A stretch of DNA of 41,055 bases from Cercozoa sp. M6MM (lineage: Eukaryota; Protista; Endomyxa: Ascetosporea): assembly GCA_040357565.1 (NCBI GenBank), contig JBDODJ010000101.1; one strand, given 5' to 3'. The notes beneath the pieces are model-generated. The model had not been told where the DNA came from. It did no database searches and saw only the letters and a program-made list of their open reading frames with translations. The translations under genes were made by a program, and so were the position numbers. Below are positions 27,239 through 38,600 of the stretch, piece by piece. The first letter of the stretch is position 1; each line of letters begins with the position of its first letter.

Positions 27239-27973
27239 ATGTTGTCGTTGAAGATCCGATTCGAGGACGAGATCCATCGCGTGTCATCGGAGCACGTGAC
27301 GAGTTTTGACGAGCTGGTTTCGTTCGTGAAGACCTCGTTCATCAAGCGAGTGCCCGAGCATTTCTTGCTCAAGTATCTGGACGACGAGAATGATCTGTAC
27401 TTTCTCTTTTGTGCCGTGCTTTTTGCTCTTCATGCATGCATCTCTTGGCTCTTTGTGCTCGTGCGCAGCGTAACGTGCTTCTCGCAGTCATCGTTCAATG
27501 AGGCTCTGTCCTTGTCGCGACACGAAGGCCGCCGCGTGCTCGTGTTTTCCGTGGTGCGCGATACGCGTCCCAAGCGCCGTATCATTTCCCACGACGTACA
27601 TGTTAGGAGGCTGCTCTCTTACCTGAGTTTTCGTGTAGAGCCTGCTCCGGCAGCACCAGCGACGCCGGCGAAGGAAGAAACTGGCCGTCGGATCAGATTC
27701 CTGTGCCAGCAGGGTGGTGCCGAAGTGCACGCTCTGCGCTTTGACGAAAGCACGCTCGCTTCTCACGCTTTCCAAGACATTCTCAACGAAGTGCGCTCGA
27801 AGGCCGCAGTGCGTCTGGAACGCGACACGTCGGCCTGCGCGCTGCAGTATGTCGACGATGAAGGCGACGTTGTCTCGGTGCGCCACGCCGCTGACTTTTT
27901 GGAGGCGCTCGAGGTGCTGCAATCGCTGCAGGGCGACGAAGCCGATCTTACGCTTTTCCTTTCGCATTGCTAA
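27239..27973 (+). CDS. Small protein (about 200 aa) consisting of two PB1 domains
   Basis: PB1-a: LSLKIRFEDEIHR...LKYLDDENDLVT. PB1-b: LQYVDDEGDVVSVRHAADFLEAL. Probable in-frame introns at 27397-27468 and 27579-27638. Confidence 0.8.
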   Translation: MLSLKIRFEDEIHRVSSEHVTSFDELVSFVKTSFIKRVPEHFLLKYLDDENDLYFLFCAVLFALHACISWLFVLVRSVTCFSQSSFNEALSLSRHEGRRVLVFSVVRDTRPKRRIISHDVHVRRLLSYLSFRVEPAPAAPATPAKEETGRRIRFLCQQGGAEVHALRFDESTLASHAFQDILNEVRSKAAVRLERDTSACALQYVDDEGDVVSVRHAADFLEALEVLQSLQGDEADLTLFLSHC

Positions 27974-28297
27974 AGAGTAAACGCGCGTGACAACTGCAAC
28001 TTGACTTACGTATATCTATCGTATCCGTGCTAGAAGTTAGATTCGTGTGCATGCCTCTAGCGCAGTCGCGTTTTGTTCCCGACAAACGAAATTTCGCGCC
28101 AACACTATCATCTGTGCCGGTGCCGGCGTGTAGAAAGGAAATCCACGTTCTTCAAAGTCGGGTCCCGTAGCGCAGGCCGAGATCCGGTTGCTGCTTCTGG
28201 GCGTGGACCGTACGTAATTTACGCGCGTATGCGGTGAGCGTGGAACGTAAATTTTAGATAGTAGTTCTTCAAGATAGTTTAAACCTTAGCGCGGCAG

Positions 28298-29140
28298 CTA
28301 CACCGCCATCACCGGCACTGCAGCTTAGATGTGATAGTCAAGGTCAAGTCGACCGAGCGACTCACCGATGTGAAGTGCGTCGTCAACAAACTCCCGCGAT
28401 GCAGAATCACGAAACTCCATCGCAGTTTGCACCGCAGTGTTAAACAGCTCGTCTACGGCAGCGCCTGTGCTTGCCGAGCACCAAAACACGTGCTTTGCCT
28501 AAACACAAGGACAATCACTGACCGGTGGTGCAATATATGAACGTGACTTACGTTTATCTCCTTGGCAAAGCGCTCGTACGGCGAGCGGTTGAACGAAGCG
28601 TCATTGTCTTGCACTGTGTCAAGCTTGTTGACGACAAAAAGCACAGGCGTGTGTTCGCGGAAGCGGCGCAACTCAATGTGCCACTGTCGTAGCTGCTGCA
28701 ACGTCTCAGGTCTTGTTACGTCACAGACCAAGACGGCACATTGTGCCCCAAAGTAGTACGACGAGTGCAGTGTGTGAAACCTCTCCTGACCGGCCTGTGC
28801 GGAGACACCAACGGGCTGAGTCGTCCTTCCGAAAGTCAGACCGATAAAAATTAAGTACCGTGTCCCAAAGCTCGACGTTTTCATTGCGACCATTGCACTC
28901 AACGCTGCGCCGGTGCATCGTCAGAGCGAATGTCGAGGTCGTCTCTTCGGCGTCGTATTCGCCGTGCAGAAACCGTTGCATCAACTTCGACTTGCCGACG
29001 CCACTTTCGCCGACAAGAATGATCTTCAAGGGTGCGTTGGCATGGTCTGACTGCGGGGCTGTGTCGGATTTCGCCATTGGCACGGACTTGGGGAGCTTCG
29101 TGTGACTTTTCGGGTGATGTTTTTGCGATTTATCTGTCAT
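28298..29140 (-). CDS. RABL2: Rab-like GTPase RABL2 (IFT-associated)
   Basis: KIILVGESGVGKSKLMQRFL, STFALTMHR, WDTAGQERFHTLHSSYY, WHIELRRFREHTP..VNKLD and CSASTG match RABL2 signatures (KSKLMERFL, STYALTL, ELREFRP). There are no C-terminal prenylation cysteines. The start could be 29140 or the next Met, and the last small intron is tentative. Confidence 0.85.
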
Positions 29141-29348
29141 CCCGATAAGATGAAAGAAGGGGCAATCGCGGTTCGCGAGTTGCGACTGCGCGCGAAAGGG
29201 AAGCTTTCAAGGAGGATCGTTTGTTTGCTGTGCGTCTCACCCAACTTAGCTTTGCAACCAATTCTATTTGGTTTTTCCGGACTCCGCGCGGAAGTCACGT
29301 GCAGGTGCGAGTTTGCAATTAATAGCCGGTCCGGTCCCAATACGATTC

Positions 29349-29575
29349 AGGGTAGGACCGTACACCAACCATGAAGTCGTCCCGTCGTCGTCCTTCCATC
29401 CCTCCACTCGATATCTAAACAAAAGAAACACAGAATCAGTGTAAGCATATTGTATGGTCCTGAGGTACGTGTGTAAGTTAGTTCAGTCTAGTATGAAACC
29501 ACCAACTGTGTAGTTTCCCTGAAATCTCGCGGTATCGCTATGGTTTCTTACGTTAGTAGACTGAACTATCTAACT
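29349..29575. repeat. Second copy of the 14441 element embedded in two adjacent inverted-repeat units
   Basis: 29477-29521 is homologous to 14441-14482, and AGGGTAGGACC is shared (29349-29359 / 14506-14516). Inverted repeats: 29354-29364/29451-29461 (10/11) and 29479-29490/29557-29568 (12/12). Confidence 0.6.
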
Positions 29576-30578
29576 CAGGCCGTATCGCTTTGGTTGTTGT
29601 CGTTGCCAGAGAATCGTTGCCACAGCGAGCGCATGGCAAAGTTCTGAACGGCTCCCTGCAGGCGTTGCTTCTGATCCTTGCTGCACTTGTAGTACCCGAT
29701 GGCGTTGCTCCACGACAGAGCCTACACTCAAGCCAGAAACACACATGGATTCCACACAAAGCAGTGTGACACTCACGCACCAAGGCAATGCCGACGAGGG
29801 GAAGCCACGTCGGCGACATGATCGACAGGAAGCCAAGGAGCATCCAAACCAATGGCGTCACATAGATCGCCGTCCAGAACACCTTCTCGTCCATACCGTT
29901 CAGCTTCCTCGAGGCCTAGTGCATAAATAAAAGCTTGAAATGTAAGGACGTGAACAAGACAGCAGAGCCTACAGGAGCAGCCTCGAAAATCCACTTGGTG
30001 CCACCTGCCTCGTGCTCAGTGTCCTCGGCGTTGTCTTGCGACCACCAGCGCAGTCCCACGAGTCTCCTTCCACTCACGTTCTTCACCGTCCAGAAGTCCG
30101 CCGCCAGCAGCAGAATCGTCTGTGTCCAACAGCCAACAGCCAAACAGCATAGCATCCGCAGGAAAGCAAAAGCAAAACAACACCGACACACCACAACACA
30201 CGTCATGACGTAGTTGCCGCCGAGGCCAAAGAGATACGTGAGCACTGCGCCTGTCTTGAACGCGATCGTGAAGAACTGCACTTGCACGTGACCGCGCGGA
30301 TCGGGCTCATCTTCACCCACGCCGTTGTTGGTGCTGCCGGAAGCTACTGGAGGCGGCACATCCGCCACTGGAACGACGTTCCGAGAAACCACCGGCACTG
30401 TCGTTGACGTCACTGCTTCGTCTGTCTGCAGGACACATCTCGCATATCTCCGCTCATGTTAAAACACCACAACTACACAAGAAGCTCGGACAAGAAAGAA
30501 GAAACGCACCACAAGGAAATCCTCCTGCTCGTCCAGGCCAACAAGCTCATCGTCGAAGCTGAGATGATTGTATGCCAT
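29575..30578 (-). CDS. TVP23: Golgi membrane protein TVP23 (FAM18/ECHIDNA family), 5 exons
   Basis: TILLLAADFWTVKNVSGRRLVGLRWW, KWIFE, DEKVFWTAIY and SNAIGYYKCSKDQK are TVP23 hallmarks. ATG at 30578, TGA at 29575-29577. Confidence 0.92.
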
Positions 30579-30917
30579 GATGCAACACTTTTTGGAGGCG
30601 CACTTTGCTGTTCTCCAGGACTTTAAGCGATTTCACCAACGTAAAATTAGTATTTGCACGCTCACACAGCTTGTGGTTTGCCAAAACGACGACAGCTGAG
30701 AAATTTGTTTAAAAAATCTGCCTGATTTGGACCGATCGACACTGTACTGGACCAAGTGGCGACTGGACGTCCGTCGCGTCGCCCACACAGTATTTGAGGG
30801 TTCGGACAAGCCGCAGACAAACGTAGAAACGCCTATTATAGTGTTGGAAACGTTCACATGTGCATTCATTTTCTTCAGGTTGTCTTGTATTTCTCTGACG
30901 AGTTTCTCTCTGTAGAA

Positions 30918-32822
<1,905 letters not shown>

Positions 32823-33103
32823 CGACTGTGGCTTTCACGAGCAACCTTTTTATGGAGCGGAGGCATACGCATATCGTCGCGCATCAACGCAAATCGAATG
32901 AACATAAGGAAGTACCGTACGCAACGAGCCTGTGCTGACGTCACTTTTGAGAGCGCACCCTTTTCATTTCATGTTGACTTAATTTCATTTACCACTTTTA
33001 ACAGCTCATCCTCGAAAAAGCCCGCCATACCGACTTAATTTCATTAACCATTTTAACTGAACAAAGTACGCACCGCTGACCGCGCCCTCTCGCAACAAAA
33101 ACA

Positions 33104-33364
33104 AAAAAGGAATGTGAAGGGGTTAAAAAGGAATGTGAAGGGGTTTGAGGCAGCGCGGAGCTTGCCCGCCAGAAATTGGCGGAAGGCACATGGCCCGTAG
33201 GTCAGAGGCGCACATCCACCGGGGTTATTGGGTTTAGTTTTCAACTAGCAATAATCGCCGTTCAGGTTTCCCTTCACAACGCGCGATATCGCCCCTGGTT
33301 AAGGATGCTTAGCTCCGGGGAATAGTTGACAATCCAATTAGAAACTACTTGGTTTTTATTTTTT
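33104..33364 (+). ncRNA. Candidate structured non-coding RNA, unassigned
   Basis: Intergenic, with nested stems: 33134-33142/33270-33278, 33166-33171/33177-33182, 33225-33230/33249-33254, 33235-33239/33243-33247, and a hairpin at 33292-33320. G-U pairs favour the + strand, and T5-A-T6 follows at 33353-33364. Confidence 0.3.
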
Positions 33365-34120
33365 GTGTCATGGGTCAGAGCTGATTTAGTCAAAACACGG
33401 CAGCCATGCTACATCAGGTCCGATTACAGGTGCCTCCACTAGCAATGTTGTACATAGCTTCCAAAAGAAGTCGGTTTATTCCGACCAGCGGTGATTGATG
33501 CCGCGAGCAGCATAGGGTCAACAGCTGATATTATCAGCCCTCTGGGCATGCCGATCCCGGGATCCTGGGGGTAGTAGTAAGTTCAATACCGGCGTAAACG
33601 ATCTGTTAAACAACCACAGAATACCACCAAAACTAGACCTCCGCTCGGGAGTGGGTTGAACTCAGTTCCAGAGTCGCATCAAACGATTGATTCTGGGTGT
33701 GCCACTGACTGCTGAGACAGCGACGGCGCTTTAATCTGCACCAACCACAAGCCGCCCGCGAGTGCAGCAGTGCTGTCTAGACTGCAGACCCAGGAACGAG
33801 TTTATGTCAAACCGTCCTAGTATTATACTGCAAATTTCCACGCTGATCAACTGTCGAGCACTGCAGTGGCTGAGATCAGCGATCCTGTCAATGCAAGCGG
33901 AAAGTGTGTGTATTACGGGCAGCTAAGTCGTGCAGCGACTGCGCAGCGTGCACACCTCCCACGTCCGAGTACACGCACACGGCGAGTGCAAAGCAAATTT
34001 GAGTATTCCTTCTCAGACCTTTTCTGGCTTTTTTTTTGGCCTTTTCTTGGTCGAGTGGTCTCCAGTTCGCACTGTAAAAACTCACAACCTCCCTGCTCCT
34101 GCTATGCCCCTTTGCCGCAG

Positions 34121-35651
34121 ATGCTCGGCGTAATAGCGGCTGCATTTGTGGCTTGCACATGTGCCGCACGCACGGTAAAAATCGCGGAAGGCTTTGGCCC
34201 TCGCCAGCTCGGGGGGGGGGGGGGGGGGGGGGGGGGGAACAGGTGTTTGGAGGATGCCTATGAAAAAAATTGGGTGTNNNNNNNNNNNNNNNNNNNNNNN
34301 NNNNNNNNNNNNNNNNNNNNNNNNNNNNNNNNNNNNNNNNNNNNNNNNNNNNNNNNNNNNNNNNNNNNNNNNNNNNNGGGGGGGGGGCAGTGTGAGATAT
34401 GTTGTTTGTCTGATGCGTAGAAGATCATTGGGCTGTTCCCGCTAACTGGACGTGATGGTACCTCAAGCATATGAAAGGTGCCGGTATCAGCAAAAAATGT
34501 TATTTCTTCCTTGTCACGCTAGGGAACATCGGCGAAGTACTGTTTCTCTTGAAACACAAAATCCGTTTTGTTGAACTGCTGGTACCGTTTCGGATGTGTC
34601 GGTGTGCTTGCAGAGCCGCGCATCTGGTGCTCTTCACGCACTGAACTGGCTCCGCAATGATCCAGAAAGGTGAGTTATTCTGCAACCTTGTTGTCAGTTC
34701 GGCGGACCAGGATAAGGTTCGTTTGCTGTGACAGGTTAGCAGAGGGTTTCCCAAATAACTACACCCTTCAAATTGTGGTATGCGACCATTTCTTATCTCT
34801 CAATGCATGCGATCTGTGTATCCTCTTAACTAGGACACGGCGAACTCAAAAGAAACGACACTCAATCGCGTCTACAACCACTTGCTGGATGTATGTCTGT
34901 GTGGCTCAATGTCGAACAAAAGGATCGTGATACTCTTCGTATGCACGTGTAGCCCGACGTGGCCGGTATCATTGGCGCCAGTTCTTCTGGCGTGTCCGCA
35001 GCGTACGATTTCTTTTTTCTGTCTTCTGGTATCAGCATTTTGCCTCGCTTAGTGTCTCGACGCTAAGCTCGGCCATGTCGGTCGTGCAAATCTCTTACGC
35101 CTCCACGCAAACCGACCTGTCTGTAACCTGAATTTACTGACACCTGCACACCTGTTTTCTGTGTTTCTGTCGCTTGGGTAGAGCTTTACCGATATGTTTG
35201 TGTGTAGGACAAGAGCGCATACCCCTTGTTTTGCCGTGTGGTTCCACCCAACATCCAGCAGATCCGAGCGCTACTGGGCGTGCTGACGCACTTTGGCTGG
35301 CACCGTGTCTCGGTGGTGACCACCAGCGATGGCTATGGCACTTCACTTAGCAACGACTTCCAGGTGAGTTTTCTTGCCGTGTCAAAACGATATGACAACC
35401 GAGATATGTGCTTCAGAGAGAGGTGTCGCTGGAGGAGTGGCGCGACATCTCCGTCGACGCCGTGTCCTCAATTCCTATCGTCACTGGTACTGATATCGAT
35501 ACACATGCCTCTCTCTCTCTCTTTCTCTTTCTCTCCCCTCCCTCTGGTTTGTACCAACTCTGGCTTCAGGCGAAGACAACTCGCAGCTGATCCTGGAGAC
35601 TCTCCGTCGCATTCGCGCAGCGCCTGCGCGCGTTGTTTTTTTGGTACAGTG

Positions 35652-35748
<97 letters not shown>

Positions 35749-38566
35749 AGACGGTGAAATATTGTGTTGCATTAATACGCAGGCCGCGACCGAAGTGAAT
35801 GCACGCGAAATCATGACGCAGGCAGCGCAGCTAGGTTCTCGCAGTCTGTCCTTGCTGTCTCCGTTTGAGTGTACTCACTTTGGGGAACACCATACATGCA
35901 GGCATGGCGGGCGACGATAGTGGCTGGGTCTGGATCGCCTCCGATGGCTGGTCGCAGACCTCGATCGTTGACGATTACAGCAACCTTGTACCACTGCATC
36001 AGCCCACTAGCTTTGCTGTGTGTGTGCATGTGTGTGTATGTGTGTGTGCATGTGTGTGTATGTGTGTGTGCATGTGTGTGTATGCGTGTGTGCATGTGTG
36101 TGTGTATGTGTGTGTGTGTGCATGTGTGTGTATGTATGTATGTGTGTGTATGACTCGACGTGTCTGTGTTCAGGACCTCGTCAAGGCAGCGACGGGTGTT
36201 TTGGGAGTCGCTCCGGTCAAGGTAAACATAGCCTTTGATTCGAGACCCTTTGTGGTGATGTAGTTGAGTATGGACACTGCGTTGTAGCCTCCAAACAGTA
36301 CGTTCTACCAGCACTTTGCCGACAGTTACGAGCAGAATCGCGTAGGGCTTCTCTGTGCTCTTCAGTTCTTGGCCCTGTGTTTGATTAGTGTATTTTCGGC
36401 GTGTTCGATAGACTCGACTGGAGAGCTTTCTGAATGACACCTCTGGCTGCTTTGCGGAGTCGCCGGTGTCGTGCCAAAACTTCCTGCAGGGCGACATCAA
36501 CCTGTATCTGCACTCCTTCAGGACCTCCATGCACCTACCATATCCATGCTGTTTGTGTGTGTCACTATGCAGGTACAGCTACTTTGCCTTCGACAGCACG
36601 TACACGCTGATTCGGGTATCATCATCCCAAAGTAGAGTACAGCATATCGAATGATTAACCCGCTATCGCAGGCCATCGATGCCATGCACCGCGACTCAAC
36701 TGACATTTCTACCTTGTCGTACCAATCTCCTTCTGTGTTGGCGTATACCTGTCCACTCACTTCACACACTCACGCTGTTTCTGTTTTTGCTTAGTGCGAG
36801 TGAGTTCTCGAAGCAACTAGTCGTGCCTTGTCTTTTTATATATATATATATATGTATCGGCATATGTTTCAATTATCGGTGTTGTAGGCCGAGATCAAGA
36901 ACCTCAGCTTGTCACAAAACCTGCAGTCGACGTACCCTTGATATCACGTGTAAGCACGTTTTGTTGTGTGAGTAATCTTCGTGTGGCGCAGTCAACTGCA
37001 ACCTGTGACGGGCGATCTCGTGTTTGATGACAACTGTGACCGTACTTTATGCAGTCTGTCTGTATGTACGCATGCAGGCATATGTGTTCGTGTGTGACAG
37101 GAGACCTGCCGTTCGACGTAATCAACTCGCAGTACAACGCCCAGACCAACGAAATCGAGGTCGTCGCTGTTGCTCGATGGTCCAGTAGTCACTCGCGTTC
37201 CCTTCAACGGTACTGCCTGTGTACTACGGGTGTGCGTGTGTATGTGTATGTATAACCTATCGGTCTGCTGCAGGCTGCCTGCCGACGACACGCCTGTGCC
37301 CAACGACTACCGTGAGGACGTACCTGTCACATATCAATGAGTCCAGTCACACGTACTCTGTGTACGCTTCCCGGTGTGTCACCTAGCCGAATGGAGAGTT
37401 GCGCAACTTTGTCTTTGCCGATGGCACAGAAAGTGTTCCCAAAGGTACTAACTCATCGTGTCTTTTTGTCCCATTCATGCACCACTTTAATACCTGGGCA
37501 GGCTACCTGCAGCAGCCTTGCACGGTGGACAGCATCACATGTAAGATTTACCTCTGTTTGGGACAGACAAGGCACTGGGGCACACACGTGTGCGTGTTTA
37601 TGTAGATGATCTGCACAACGACGTGTGCGGCACAAGTTCGAGCGACGGCACCTTCGACGTCTCTTTCCGCTTCGTCGGTGCGTTTAAGTCGATTCTCACA
37701 GACTGAATCTGAAACAAATAACATGCCTTGCCTATTGTGTCTCTGCTCAGATGGAGTGACCTGTGACACTGAGGCACCGGGTGCCGTGCAACTGCCTGCC
37801 ACGCGAGTACCTTACTTTGTAACAATGAGCACAGTGTGGTGACTGCGTGTTGGTGTGCAGTCGGTTCCTTGCGACAGCGTGCATCGACAGTCTTCCGCAG
37901 GTACAACACACTCGCCCGCAAACACTTTGACCGTGTGTATGTGGTTTGTGTCTGTGCTACCCAGGCATCGCTGTCCAGTCGGTCGCCGGCGTCGTTGCTA
38001 CCGTACTCCTGTGTGTCTCATCATCGGCCTCCTGACAAATGTGTTTTGTGTGCAGATGGCCGTGGTGTGCTGTGTGGCACTCTTGGTCTCGCAGCAGGTT
38101 CCGACCTGGGTGCTTCGCAATCGGTGTCCTGCCATACCCCTTTTTCCACATGTTCCTTACCTCCTTTACCCCACCCGTTGTTCGCAGCAAGAGAAGCGAT
38201 TTGACGCAGCAGCAGCAGCTCATTCTTAGTGCAGCACATTCGCCTCGCCTCAGGTACAGTGAAGACGTATGTCCATATCTACGAGGGGTTGGTTGGTACA
38301 ACTGTGCACCTCAGGAGACACGCATACCGCACTGCCATCTTTGCATTTGGTACCAGTGGAGACCTGCTTGTGTGTGTGTGTGTGTGTTGTTATAAAGACT
38401 GTTGTTGGATCTCCCTGTGTGTATTGATATATAGGCATGGGCACGCTGGTCCTGGCTCCTGTGGTGATCACTCTGAACGAACGCGAAGTGTGGCAGTGCC
38501 GAGTGTCTGCACCACTCTATACATGTACTCTCCTTTCATTCTCGACACATACACACACGCAAATGC

Positions 38567-38600
<34 letters not shown>

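Noticed and set aside
28200-28240. Minus-strand ACCGCATACG...ACGTACGGT resembling group II intron domain V
   Set aside because: Stem geometry and loop do not fit, and there is no other intron domain or RT nearby.
17746-29300. CGGAAGT motif upstream of both the coiled-coil gene and RABL2
   Set aside because: Two occurrences of a 7-mer in 41 kb are expected by chance.
33288-33312. GCCCCTGGTTAAGGATG resembling U6/U6atac
   Set aside because: There is no ACAGAGA or AAGGAGA box and AGC triad at the required spacing upstream.
34211-34387. Poly-G tracts as a G-quadruplex or poly-Gly coding segment
   Set aside because: They flank a 100-N gap and are most likely low-quality read ends or sequencing artefact.
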